The notes under the pieces are model-generated. The model did not search any database and was not told the origin of the DNA. It was given only the letters and a program-made list of their open reading frames with translations. DNA of 64,000 bases from Amphiscolops sp. MND2022. Taxonomy: Eukaryota. Of the stretch, positions 13,301 through 28,300 are shown piece by piece (within the stretch, counting starts at the first letter, position 1; each line of letters opens with the position of its first letter). The DNA is taken from positions 81,222,001 to 81,286,000 of the forward strand of contig OZ076409.1 of NCBI GenBank assembly GCA_964187785.1, written 5' to 3'. The position numbers and the translations under genes are program-made.

Positions 13301-16300
13301 TTGTCAACGCTTAAACTGCCAAAAACCCCCAAGAAGATTGGCCGTTTCATAGGTTTTTTTCAGTACTTCAGGTCTTTTATACAAAAAGTTAGAGAGAAAC
13401 TTTTGCTTTCTTACAAAATACTACGCCGGGAATTGTCACTGTTTTGATCAATGAACACCATACGAGAATTGACAAACTTCGAGAAAACTTTGCAACAGGC
13501 TTGTGAGGTTTCACTGCACCTACCAAAAACTAATGCACAATATGTTATTCTAACTGTTGCTAGTGTCACGCTGCTGTCTACGTTTTTGTGACTGAGGATT
13601 ATTTTACTGATCCATCAGGTAAAACTCAAAAGGCATATGTCCCTGTTTCTTTTGGCTACAAAATGTTCACTCCGTCCTATTTGAAATTGTCAATTTGTGC
13701 CAAAGTATTTCTAGCTGTACAATTCGCCTTTAATACTTTCGCTCATATTTTATGGTGAAGTATTAAATCTGTATTAGCTCTCCAAGTCGAACAATTCTCT
13801 CAAGGTTGTGGGTTTGGGTTGATTACGTACTTAATTTTAAGTTTGTCCCAGGTTATATACCAGTCAAAGCCAATTTGGCAACTATTTGTCCCAAAGTTCA
13901 CAAACTCCTGTAAAACAAGTTCATCAAAATGTGGGAATGAAATTGCCTGACATTTCAGTAAACGCATCACAGTACGAATGCGCCCCCTTTGGACTTTGCT
14001 CTGTTTTGACATCCTCCAAGACGTTGAATGCCTTGCAAGAACCTAACTCCATTTATAAACTCGATCTCACTGATAAAGTGACTTCTTTCAATCTAAGACA
14101 AGAATAACAAGAAGATGACAACCTCCCTCTTGCACTCCATTGGATAAAAACCCACCCACCTGAACCTTCGCTGTATCTTAGTTCAGAACATCAGAAGTAT
14201 TTTAGGCATTTCAATCGTCTCGAGGTACATAATGGAGTCTTGTACTGAAAAATTTTCGATGATACTGGTGAGTCAGTTACAAGTCAATATGTTGTCTTCC
14301 ACATTTGTGCACCAAAATCTCGTATCCTATTCATAAACTCAAACTTGCAGGCTACCTTGTGATACCATCGGAACTGTTACTTTCCAATTTTTGTTGACTT
14401 TTTGGCTCATTACATGAAAAACTGTTCTTTCTGTCAACAAATTGAACCAATAGCACACAACATTGAAACCCCCTCTTTTGTCCCTAGCAGTTGTTCAACA
14501 CTTCATTGGTGGTCTGCTACAGTAGATATAGTAGGAAAACTTCCTGATTCTTGTGATTTCAATCACATCGTTACTGCGAAAGATGTCGTTTCTAAGTATC
14601 TCTTTGCTAGCCCGTAAAGAAACGCAAGTGCTCCGAATGTTGCCAAAAATTTATTCCACCTGTTCATGCGTATATGTCACACCTTCAAAAAACTATCTTC
14701 TCGAATATGGGTACCGCTTTCACTGCGAAAGTGATGACGGAACATTCAAAATTGCAACCAATTAATAAGTATTATGCAATAGTGAAACACCCGGAAACAG
14801 TTGACTCTGTTGAGCGGATACACGCTTCTCTCAAGCAGTAGTTCGGTATTTACGAGAAAAAAGATCAAGACAGACTGGCACACGTCAGTGGACTTAGCCA
14901 TCTTCGTCCAAAACACTTCGTACCATGCTTCAATTGGTTGCACTCCATTCTACTATTTCCTGGCCGCGAACGTATCAAACCCCTTACGGGAAGTCGGTGC
15001 GAACTACATTCAATGTGTACATCGTATTCGCCTCCGTCTAATTACTCCTCAATATCAGATTGGGGATTTGCCTCACATCAACTCTAATAACTTCATTTCT
15101 GACCCATCCACACGCCATTCCGCAGAACCAGCCTTTTTTGATAATGCATTACCGGACTTGTTGCAAGATAAAAATGTAACGCCGACAGATGAAGTTACTG
15201 ATGCTCCTAGTGTTTTTTTATTGCACTCCGCGACGGATAGCCTGACCGGCTACTCCCGTCCCACTTCCACTCCATCTACCTGACCCCTTAAAGGCTCAGG
15301 TACCCCAGCCCACCCCGTTGGCAGGCCTCCCAAACATCAGGTACACTTTACATCATGTACACTATCTCAAAAGTTCGTTCAAGTGTTCAGGAAGCAGGAC
15401 GTTGACCAATAAAAGAGATCGGCCAATCACAGCGACGACTATGTGTGAGCCCCTGAAGCAGCAGATGATAAGCGACACCTAACTGAAAACTAACATACAG
15501 TACACACGTTCACTATGCTACGTTCAACTGTTGCTAAATCTCTACTGAATAATTGTAACTCTTTTCGCTAAATTAATCACGTTTCCTAACTTTATGATCT
15601 CCATAATAAAATCTACTATCACCTCTTCTCATATTTTCAAGGAGATACTTTAAGGAGAAAAGTCAAGCATCACTGAAGGAAATCAGACAATGCCAGGCTC
15701 CTGCGTACCATGACAGTACGTGATGTATAAAATGTACGAAATGTCCCGTGTTGATCCAACATGATACGTATACAAACCATGTACATGTATTTTCATGGTT
15801 CATTTTCATTCATGGTTCATAGCTCGCCAATCTACGGGCCATGTGATGCATAGATTCTCAGTTATGTAAGAAGACATGACCTGTAGAATTTAACATGGAG
15901 CATATATGAAAGAACAGGGGTTGTCAATATGGGCATTTGGGTTATTCATTTTGTATGGGGGAGGAAAATCATAATCTGTGCTGCGTTTTTTCCCAAATTT
16001 TGCTAAATCTCCAGTTTGTACTTCACTTTATATTCAATATTGCATTTTACTAAGGAGGAAGCTGAGGGTCGAAAATATTGCGCTATATCCGAGTTTTGAT
16101 GTTATATCTGAAGTAAATTGCGTTTTACCTAGAAGGAGGTAAATTCGATTACGTGTTTATTGTTAGCCAATTGAAGGCGGAAAATATCCTGGTGCTTAGC
16201 GGGCGTCTTGTTTATTATCCATGGAATAAACTTTTGATAATTGAATGTTGACAACCCTTGTGCTTCCATGCATGGTCCATGTAACATCCAAACATGGTCC

Positions 16301-19300
16301 AAATACATGGCAATGCTGTTTTTTTTGCAAGGATTTACATGCTTCAGGCATGAAATTCAACAAACTCGAAATGCAAAATTAGCTGAGAAAAACGTTTATA
16401 CAGTCAACGGAGATGTTGAGTCTGGCAGTTCAGATATTTGGTCATGATTTTCTACTTATTGTTTACTGTTGACGGAGTACACTTTGAATGTAAAATTAAT
16501 TATTAACATCTGGAATCACTGGAAAAAGATCTCGTATTTTAGTAATATTTTCTCTTGACCCTGGCAGAGAAGTGGCAAATCGGTGAAATCAGTCCCTCTT
16601 AGAAGCTTCTTGATTTTTCAAATTTTGCAAAACATAAATGCATGAGATATGCACTATAAATAAAAAGACATTTATGTTTCCACAATATAACCATAGAAAC
16701 AGCAACATTAAAGCTACTTATAGCTGTTGTCACAAGAGCAGAGCCGTTCATTAAAGTGCTCGAACCTGAGATTTTCTGAGTCAAAAGCGAATGAAAACCA
16801 TTTATTTTTTCAATTGTGTTGTCATTCACTACTTCTTTTAATTACTTTGATTTTACACTGCTCACGATCTTTTTTGAAATTCCACAGAAAGGAGAAGAGT
16901 CCCAAGCTCTCGTTGAAACATCAGGGATACTGTTTTTTTCACTCGCCACGTTGATCAACGCGTCATCAAAGATTCATATATAAAAACTGAAATTGAATTC
17001 ATTATTCTTCTCAGAAGGTAGAGCAGAAGCATGTCTATATTCTCATGTTTACAGGACGTGCTCGGGGAATACACCAATGACAATCCAGATAGACAAAACC
17101 TCATCGAAGCCCAAGAACTCATCAGAAGTCTTGCAGCACTCATGAATGAGCAGGTAAAAATATGACGTCATTACAAGTCATCAGACAATGAAAAATCGAT
17201 ATTCAGACTGAATAGCGAATTTTCAAGTTCACAATTCTAAAATGGGAAACAGTAATTTACCAATCACCTGAGATGAATATTTATTTGAAGGACCATGAAA
17301 AGTTCATACACATACAGGAATTGGTCATTTTTGCAGATTTTTTGGCAAATTCAACTGAATTATAAAGTTCATTTTTGGTTGTTGACGCGTTTTCACTAAA
17401 AAAGTAGATTTTATTGTGCATTAAATGGTGTGTTTTTTCTTTTCAAGACCAGTATTTGGTTTCCTTTCAACTTTTACTCTTCATATACTTACGAGAGAGC
17501 ACTCAGAGTTTTGATGATCTCAGTCACTGGTTTTCTAAGTTATCTTCTGTTTAGGGATCCGCTGAGCTTTACGACATGCCTACGAATGAGTCACTTCTGC
17601 AGGAACTGGAGCACGTAGTGGACGGGTTGAACTCCTTTTTGAAGTCACACGATCGAAGACTCATCAGACACGACTTTGTCACAGAAATGGTTAGCCATCT
17701 GGTGATATTCCTCTCCTGTATATACTACTACACTGTCGTCTAAGTTGAATTCGCGGTTATTCACAGGTTGATCGGGCGATCTAGGTTCGCTTAACTCGGA
17801 GGGCCTGAAAGGAACATCCTGTACGCTATTTTCCTGATTGTCCATATTAGATGCGTTGGCTTTACAGTTTCTGTTATCCGCAAGATTGGGCCATTCTATT
17901 TGCGATGTCTTTTGTCCATAACCCTTTCTAACTGGAACAAATTGGGACTGATTGTCTTATTTTGCTATAGTGCCAAGACAAATTGGGACTGATTGTGTTT
18001 TGCTACTCTTCATTTCTTGCATCATTTTCTCCAGCTTCTCATTATTTCTTTTCTTCATTCTGATTTTTCTATCAGCCAATCGTTGCTGCGTGAGCACTTG
18101 CATCTACTTGTAACTTTGTGTACGTTCGTTTAAGCTTGCTTCTCTCTCCCTAACTGAACTACCACTTTCAAAGTTATTAGGAGTTTTAATAACAGTCTCA
18201 TTACATTGTGACACTTCGGCTTCTAAGAAAAGTATAGCTCTATCTAATGAGCGCGATCGTCCTCATCTAGATGTTTCATATCTTTTGTTTTCCATATTTC
18301 AACCGAGTAAAGCGATGTTTTGGCGGAGAAAAGAATTTTAATTAGGATAGAAGGGGCGAATAAAGTCAGAGCCAAAAGCAACATTTGAGAAGACGAACTC
18401 AGTATAGTCAATAATATGGGATTGGAACGTAATATGAACAGTAACTGCGTCAATTTGAAGAGGTGAAAAATTAGGTATGGTGTTTGTGTGTTGTTCTTTC
18501 AAAATGATTGAGGAGGAATATGTTTTCTAACTCTCTTTTTATTGGTATCTAATCTTAGATGAATGACAATCAATGACTGAGGAATCATCTTCAAATCATT
18601 ATGTTATTGCTCAAACTAGTGCAGTCAGAGAATTCAGATAGATTTGATTGTCGCTCATTTACCAGAAAACTAAACAAAATAATTTGTCTTTGCGTCAATT
18701 TTCGTGCTGAATACTGAAATAAATCAAAAATAAATTGTTTTGATCCTCGGAATTTGTACAGGTCAATAAAATTAAATAAGTCAAGATTCAACCTGTATAA
18801 AATTTTGCGCACTTTTGGTACGAAACCCAACTTTGAAAATCTTTTTTACGAATTTTTGACCTAAACAATTAATTCAATCAAAAATAGCTAACATACAGTG
18901 AAATTTTGAAACATACAGTGAAATCGCCAAATTGGAAGCAGCAGCAAACGATGAAATATACTTCTGACAGTCTCAGAGCTCAGAAAAAAAGGATAAAAGT
19001 GTCTGTTCATGCCTCCAACATGTCGGCTAATGTCGTACAGAGGGAAGGCCCGAGAGTTTGAACCACGCGATGCTACATCTACTTCAAGAATAGATTCTCT
19101 TGAGCAGCTGCTCATCGACATCAAAAACTTTTGGAAATGTAATAGGGATGTGCTTCCAAATTTATGTAAACCCTTCCGTTGATTACGCGTTCCTGTGCTT
19201 TACTTCAGCCGAAGTTGAACGCAGTTTCAGCCGTTTCAACACGCTGTCTTCTAGTGAACGAACACGAATGTCACCAGAGACCACTAACAAATTGCTCTAT

Positions 19301-22300
19301 CTATATTTCAATCCTAATTCTAAATTAGATTGAGTATTTTGTAATGTCTCGTAATAAACCTTGAAATGTCACTGCTTTTTATTGAAAAGAGCCCCGAATC
19401 CCCCGCATGTCCCAGTTATACAAAATTGCCGCATAAGTAAAGGAATTTGGCTCATGAACAGCAAAAAAAGTCCGCATATGCGCTTCGCATATTTTTGGAA
19501 TATTTACCGCATTAACCCTTCATCCCTGCTCACGTCAGACCGTATAAACCGCTATACTACTTCTTGGTAAATGCTAATACAATATACCGTGTGAGTCACA
19601 TTGCAATTGAATCACTTGACATTTCGCAGAGTCAATTCTATACTGCATCGTGATGTATGAGTCATACGAACAATTGAGTCAAATTTTCAAAAAAGTCGTA
19701 TTTGATGCCTCACAGTGATAATGTTCTACTGCGTTATGAGATAATCGGAGTTCCATTTTCATCTCAAACGGTGCAACTTTAATTCGTCGAACATTATAAT
19801 CGTCGAAAAACGAAAAGCTATTCAATGCGTCGAAAGTATTCCAAACCAGCGATTATTTTCATTTGGTTATATTTTGCGGCGGTTAGCATATTTGTTGTAT
19901 TGCTCGGTTGCTTCGCTCCCTTCGCCAAGTAGCAATATTGAGGCATGGCCATATGACACGTCGCTCCGCTTCGCTTCGCTCCTGCATTTAGGGCACTAGG
20001 AGTATGTGAACATAGCTGACTACGTTATCATAATTTTGAATGCTCGAATTGGATTGGCCGGAATCAATTCATTCCATTACGCCATACCATGCTCGCTAAA
20101 TTAATACGTGTTCGACGAATTGAACAGTCCCCATCTCAAACATCTATGTGTCGTATGTGAGCTAATGCCGTGAGGTCCCGCTCGTATAATTTCACTCTTC
20201 TTAAAATAAAACCCGTGATCCTCTTGGATGAAGTAATGAACACGTAATACACATCCAGCAATTACGAGTATGAAATATTAGCACTGTTTCCAAGTAATAT
20301 CTGATTTAAACATAATCCAAATTGTACGTCAGCATAGCATCATACGTTAGATGCTTATCTAGAGTTAAAATATAGTTTGAGTGTGAACGTAAAATGTTTA
20401 TAAGGACGGTTCGAAGTTTCTTTTGCATCTAGTGCTGCTGACCGGTTATGACGCAAGCTCCAGGCTGCGATACATGTTTCTGCCATCAACATAGTGTAAT
20501 AATAAATAGTTCATGAACGCAATATTAGTGATACATATCATAAATGTTTTTTGGTAAAAATTTTCTTTTGTCGGAAATTTTTTGGAGGACGTTGCAAAGA
20601 GTTTAGTATCTCTTCGAGACCTTCAAAGAAAGTCAAATCAGCTGATGCTGTTTTTTCCCAAAACGTGTAAAGATATATTTGAAAATAGCTGAAGTCCTTT
20701 TCAAAGAATCGTTCCACGGTTTTATTTAATTTGAAATAATATACATAGCAGATGGCCGTATTCTACTAATCGATGTATTGCCTTATTGTTTTTTATCGGG
20801 GATCACTTCGGAGTTAATCTCCAACTCTCGAGGTTCTGCAATTATGGGCTGAAACACCTCCTATTACATGAATTGTCAAACCTGCAGAAAATTTCCACAA
20901 TTTTAACCATTCAGATAAAAAGTTTGCAAAATTCAAATGGAAAGCCCGAATTTTTCATTCAAAGAAGTTTTCATTCCATACCATTCATCCTGCACAATTA
21001 TTTTTGGATTTTTCATGAGGAAAACATTTGCTAAACAATTGTTAATTTGACAACAGAAAAACATGTTGGTGAAAAAGAATCGAATCTTGCTGCTGTTCAA
21101 TGATGCTGTGATGTGTCTGGCGTCCAAGACCAAACGCCTGTCTTCAAGACGCAGCTCTAGCTTGTAAGTTAACACCATTTTCAGCTAAACCTGTAATGGT
21201 TCTTGTTTCGTTCCAATTAGTTCCATAATATTTCACGTCGCAGTGCCATTTAGTTGTTCTCGATCTGAACAATGAAGTAAGACGAAACGTTCTTTAATGC
21301 CGGCTCGATTGAAAACAGAAGCATTTCTCGTTCTCAGTTTTTAAATCTGAGAACAGTTTTAAAGAACAATTTTATCTCGTTTTCAGGTTTCGAAGCAAAG
21401 AAAGAGTATTTTTGCACGAAAAATGAGTTCCAACGAAATCAGCTTTGGCGAATGAAAACCTGCTACAGAAGTCCGTGCAATTTGTCTTTTAGTTCTCAAC
21501 TATTTTTCTAGTCATGGAAGTTTTGTGAAAGAATTTTTCTCGATTTTTAGGGGTTAAAGTTAGCACAGCGTTAACAGGATGTATAATTCCAATTTCAGTT
21601 CGACAGTCTCAGGAATAGACCCTTTCATGCGATACCGTGTGTGTTGGAAATGCCTCATCAGAGATTGCGACATAGTGCAGTCACCCACAATGCGACAGGA
21701 CAAACAGGCCATTCACAAGTTCGAACAAGACCTGAACAAACTCAACGAGATCATTTCCATGGCAGACAGTTTATACATTCCACACGACGTTTGTTCACTT
21801 TCATTCAGCAGTTTCGGATCTCTTTCACTACATCCCCCCTACAGCAAAAAGGGGGGACATAGTGAAACGCTATTAAATACATGTATTGCACATTCTAATA
21901 GCGCAGATCTGCTATTATCTAACAACGTTTCTGATTGGCTGAGTGGGGATTTTGATAATAAGAACCAATAAAAAGTGTTGTTAGTTATGACGAGATCAAT
22001 TGATTGACAGAATAGCATGTGAGATTAGCCAATAGGAGATAAATATAAATGAGCCACAAACATTCTTTCTCTCTAGGGGGGACATAGTGTAACGAGTGAT
22101 ATAGGGGGGGGGGGTTGTTGTACATAGTGAAAGATATCCGCAATTTTTTCTCAATATTAAGTTTCGCAAACATTGTCTTGTTTTGTCGCATCTTGTCCGT
22201 TTTGGCCCCTCCGAAATTTATGTTCCGTCCGAAACGATTAATCGACAATGCCATAATGGAAAAAACGATCACATTCAATGGAATCAAATACAAAAGTGTT

Positions 22301-25300
22301 TTGGAAGGAGGTACGAATGACTCAGCTATATTGATTTTGCCATTATTAAATAAAAGTTGAAAGTCAAGGGAATGAAATTTAAAAGTGTTTTGGTGTGAGA
22401 TATCGAGAGTAAAAAATCAAACTTTTTTGCTTCCAATACATGTTTGTGAAAATGACAAATTTTCGGAGGACAAATGAATTTTTGCTTATAAGGGTGAAGG
22501 GGACAAAATGTGCAAGTTCCGTTTCGTCTTGGTTTGGTCTGCAAGATTAGAAAAATGACCGATTTCTTCTAACCCTTCAACCGAACGGAATTCAAATTGG
22601 ACAAAATTTAAACAATACTCTGAAACTGAGTTGATAATCGATTTACCCAAAATCATCTGTTTTCTTCATTAAAACAGAAGTTTGGGGAGTTTTTCGAAAA
22701 TTTTCAACAGTCAAATTGAAATAAATGCTTTCTTTTAAATCATGGTGACTTTTCAACTTGATTTCAGGGCCTAGTCGCGCAAGCTAGAAAGACTCATAGT
22801 GACATTTCGAAACAGCTGAACGAGCTTCGCACATTTTACTCCTTAGATGCTTCTAGTTCCAGGATACAAATTATCATCGACACTCCGTTAGTAAAACAAC
22901 TTTCCAAATAAAACTGCTAGAGATAAACGTGAATGCATTCATGAACTGATAAATGAAACTGAGAATTCGATTGAACTTTATGCTAGCTTTCCTTGGTCAT
23001 TTTTGTTGCAAGTATCTGAATAGTAATTAAAATCTTTCCATTAATTGGAGGACGTGTCGAATTTTCCAACAAAAAGTCTTCCCAATACTTTCTCGTTCAT
23101 TGAAGAATGGGAAAGTTCGAAACGCATTCACACTATGGTATCAAAAAGCTACGTACACCAACATTTTTAAAAAAATTCAATATGCCGTCAAACTTCCATG
23201 GTTTTTGATTATTTTCAGCAGACGATTCTCATACGATGAGTACAAGTTGCGAACAACTTCAGGGTTTATGTTGTTCCACACTTCCATAATCTTTTCTCCT
23301 AAATTCTCTCAGGTAACAATCTGACCTCGCAAGCTTTTTTAAAAAATGGCCCAAATATTTTCAATAGGATTCAGGTCAGGACTGTGGGCTGACCAATCAG
23401 GCACCTCCCATTGCTTTTGGGCCAGAAAATTGGGAACAACTTCACTTTTTTGTACTGGTGTGTTGTCTTGCTGGAACACCAAATCCGGTATATTCAAATG
23501 TCGATCGCATTGATTTAAAGTCTCCAAATATCCGTAACTGTTAAGTGTTGCTGGACATTTAATGAGCAGTTTCCTGCCATCTGATCTGATGTCCCCCAAA
23601 ACATCATAGATCTTTTGTCTGTGCTTAGTCCTTGGGTGTTTTTGGTGCAAAAGCGACGACCAGTTTTACTGAACACCCACACAACGCCTTCACTATTCAA
23701 GCGCACACGGGTTTCGTCTGAGAATGCGACGTTTTCCCAGAAGCCTAGTTTCCATCCAGCCAAAACTCAGAACCAAAATGCAAAATTTCGAGTGAAAAAC
23801 AACAACATTCATCAAAATTACTGTACCACTTAAATCTGGCCAGCAAAAATGCATCTAATGTAGTGCAGAGGGTTCCCCTTGTCATCTTCTCCTTTTTAAA
23901 AGTAACTCACGGAATCGAACGAGACTAAAAGGTCCCTTTCAAACTTTCTGATATTTTGGTGTTTCGAGGTTTTTTGTCTTTTCATAAAAGTCCTGAGCAG
24001 ATTTTCTAAGCTGTGCGCCTTTCGAGCTTCAGATATAGCGCCGACTTTAGATGTTCCCATCTTGTATCATTGGGAGCACCATTAAAGGTGCTATTAGTTC
24101 ACTCCGAAAGTGATTGATTCGATAAAAGTATTTATTTCGTTTTGGTTTTTCAGGCAATTTGAGATTTTTTTTTCAAATATTTTTCTTTCGAAAACTTCCA
24201 AAATTCTACACATTTTCGGTGGAAAAATGAAGCCGGATTAGAACCAAGGGGCTTTTTAAACATTCTCAAGTACCAACGTTTTCTGATCAGTCTTTGTTTT
24301 TTGTTCAAGTTGAACTTTTTTGCGACTTTTCTAGAATCATTTCCGTACTTCTTGAGGATTCTTTGAATATTACATCTAGAAACGGTTTTTGACGTTGAAA
24401 AAGAGTTTTGCATCAATCTTACTTGTTCTAATGTTGTTTTTGGGCATTTTTCCAATATTCGAACTTTAAGTCTTTGCTCTTTTCCGCTGAGCCGGCCTGA
24501 GGTTTTTTCGCCACATAAAATTTTGTTCTCAAAAAACCCTGATAAGCTGTTTGAGCTGTTGATCGAGATTTAAGGCCCAACTTTTCTTTAGTTTCTCTGT
24601 ATGATAAAAGCATTTCGCGAAATGTAACGATTTTGCAAACAACGTATGAATCCAACGGTTTGACCATTTTCAACAATGTTTAATTCAATAGTGGTTGAAT
24701 TCACTTCCGGTTGAGAATGAAAATGAAAAGCTCTTCGCAAACTGAATTTAGAGAATGAAAATGAAAAGCTCTTCACAAACTTCACAAAGATTTATTTTTC
24801 AGCTGTACGTCGCTTTTTGCTACCATAGTGTAAGAACGTATTGTGCGGTACAAAATCACAAGCTATCCTACTTTTCCGAGATTTATTGAAGGTCGCTTCC
24901 ACGCGAATGATTCTTCCTTACAGATTTATCTATCGAAAAATCTCGGTCGGAAACCAAAAAGCTGGAACGTTTCAAAACAAAAACAGTGGCACTGTGGTAT
25001 TTTCCGTGCACTGTTAAATCAGAGCATTTCCGAGGAGGTACTTTTCAGATTGAAACAGACATTTCTTGACTGAAAACATCACAAAAACCCAATTTTTTTG
25101 TTTGAAAATGTCACGGTGCCAAAATTACCCAAAGACGTAATCCTTTAGGCTCAAAAACGAGTTTTCTAAACTGAAAACAACTAAAAAGTGAAACAGTGAA
25201 CCTCTAGTAGAAAAAACTTTTGTAAAACTTCACATAGAGCCGAAAAGATTTTTTCCACACATATTAGAAAAAATAGCATCAGTCCCACAAGATCAGAAAA

Positions 25301-28300
25301 TAACCACAGCAATTACCCTCAAGACTCGGAAAAAGTTCCCTTATCAAAAAACCTCAGAAAATCAAGAATTGAGTAGAACGCTTCTTTTCTGCCAAAACTC
25401 AAAAGGGTCATTCGGTTTTTGATAAGTCAGAGAAGTTGCATAGTACAGAAAAAAAGGAAGTTTAATAGGTCTCATTTTGGGATTTTTTGATACCATGACA
25501 TTGAAAAAATCCCTATTTTTATCCAAAAGTATCTAATATTGGTTTTCGAGTCTTGTGCCTATCCCTTCGGGTATTTTTAGACACTGTAAAATTGACTAAA
25601 TTTTACAATTAGTCCAGATCATATTTTCAAAACTTTTGAAAACACTTTTCGAGCCTTAAGTGTAGCGCCGACTAGAGACGTCCTCGTTTTGTTACTCCTT
25701 TATCTACGTTATATAAACTGTAAATTATTGATTCAAATTGGGTTAAACGCCATCATTTTGTCTATGGTTCATTCTTCATTAAAAAAGGTTTAACATCAGA
25801 AACCTAATCAGATACATGAGAAAAAAATACGTCTGACAAGCGATACGTTCAAAGGGAGCCTAATTGGTTTCGAAAAAAAATTCAGATGTTTTTTTATCCG
25901 CTTGCTAAAATTAAGATTTTTCGTTTCTCAAGAAAGTGAAAAACGAAAAGATTGTTGCAAAAATCCTGTTGTTAGTTGATCGCAAAAAATGACGAACAAA
26001 CTGCGCTGTCTTTTACTCCTCCAGGGTTTTTAACGGTTGTTAAAATGTCTGATTTAGCTTTAGCAAAGTTTGCCAACTACTGAGTTCCTTTATGTTGGAA
26101 CTTCTAAACCTACGGAAACATTCAAAAAGAGAACTCTTTAAATATTGGCTACTTTAAGTTCATTCTGGGATAGGATCTGTTCAGTTACTTAAACAAAACT
26201 TCAAAGATCTAAACAACTACATATGCCACGAAGCTACGTTTATAGTAGTTGCTTTCTGTGGAAAAACGTATCTCATTTGTTGTCGAACTTGGAACTTGGC
26301 AAAATTGAAGAAACAAACGCGACTGTCCATTCTCTTTTCTAAAATGGAAATAAGGATGGAAAATTAAAAACATAGACGCTAAGATGCTTAGCCCAAGGCT
26401 TGCGCGAAGGATTACGTGACGGAGATGCGGCAAAACTTTCTCAGAAAAGGCGCATGCGTTCAAAAGTTTTTCAAAATATAACAAGCACGAAGCTGAATTT
26501 CTTTTGAAACATATTCTCGAATCAAACAGAATCCACTAATTTGGTGTTTTGATTGTGTGTAAATGATTGCTTTAATACTGTCTTCAGGCTAAAGATTTTA
26601 AACTGGCAAGAATTGGAAAATAAAGATAAAAGTTTTTTCCCGTGTTTTCTTTCGAAACAGAAAGTATTCAAATTGCAAATCTGCCAAATTGATTCCCAGA
26701 GTTTGACTTCAGTGCATGTGAAACTCGTTTTGAAATATATATCCTTCTTTTCGTATATATCCTTCTTCCTATAAAAAGACTGCTGCAAAGTAGAGCGGAA
26801 ACTAACTTTTGTACTTTTTTCGTCAGAAAAACATTGAACCCATATCTTGTTCGGCCCAAATGTAGCCCAACGATCTGGCGCGTACGTGGTTGCTGCAACT
26901 GTCTTCAGTTTGAACGTATTATGTTTGCAAAATTGGGAAACTGGGAAACTGGGAAACTAGTGTTTCTAAGTTTTTATCAAAAATGAGAAATGCAAATTAT
27001 GCCGAAATGATGCTTACAGTATGACTTCACAAGAAATGAAACCATTTCTCATGTCTCTATCTTCACTTCAGTGACTTCAAACTCAAGGAAAATCGATTTT
27101 TTGAAGTTGATTTGTCAGTAAAGAAGCATGAAGCAAACTTGAATGGAAAAAACTTCAGTTTTGTCAAGTTTTGTTTGAGGAAGTAAACGCGTATTGTCGC
27201 AAACTGCCGCCTGCGACAGAAACAGATATCAAGTCGCTTCCGACGATCGCAGTGGCCTACCACTCCCCCCAGGAGCTTTGCCGCTCTAAGTTGAATGGAC
27301 AACTGGTCCTATAAACTACAAAAACTTCTCCCCTATTAGTAATTTTGCCTTGTTTTATCCAGGAGTTTTCTCATTTTGATTCTTTACTATATTGTTTAAA
27401 TCATAGTATAGATAACATGTGAACCAGTATTGTTAAGTGCTGGTTAGATGAATTGTGCAATTAGATTAATATGATCAACTGGTACAGTAATAGGAAACGC
27501 GTTCGAATTGGCGCCTGTACTAGAAAATTCGACGTGTGGTCCTTTGCTTGATTGACCAATCAGCGTTCAGTATTTATTCACTCATTCATTCATGCGCTAA
27601 TGCAATTAGCTGTGCTTAATCCTCTAACCGCTGGTCCATAACATGAATCTAGTATTTGCAGTAACCTATACGTGTAAAAGCAAACGTCATGTAAAGTGCT
27701 ACTAAGTGAACTTTAGACTTGAATGGCGTGCCGCCATTACCACCTCCTTTTATTTTTAGTCGGCGCTTCATGAAGTGAAACGCGACTATTATAGTGGCTT
27801 TTCTTCTTTCTTTTTTTTTCAATCCACACGAACTGACCAAAATAGTTCTTAAAAGTTCTACAAAAAATTTTTGCACCAAATTGCACTATTTGGTCTAGCG
27901 AACTAAACCAAAAAAGTTTTTCCTGTTTTCCCGCGTAACTTACCATACCGGGCGAGACTAAAGGGTCCCCTTTCAGTTTTTTTCGGCATTTTGACTTTTT
28001 TCGAAAAAAAAAGAATTTCTCCAAAGGAACCCCCTTCAATTTTTTGATGTTTTGCAACAATGGATGGTAAAAAAATCCGAAAGGGCCCCCTTCTCAATTT
28101 TTTTCGGCACTGCGAGATTTTTTCTCGGAAAACAAGATTTCCCAAAGGGTCCCCCGTCAATGTTATGCCGCTGTTATGCGACAGAATACATGTTGAAAAA
28201 TCCCAAAGGGTCCCCCTTTTCAGTTTGTTTCGGCATTGTGAGATTTTTTTTCTAAAATTTTTTTCTCTTTAGCTCGCCACTCGGTCCATTTTTTTCGGCT

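Noticed and set aside
21387..21433. extra RhoGEF exon after tttcag at 21386
   Set aside because: The required frame hits TGA and no frame-preserving donor exists; 21163 joins 21599 directly.
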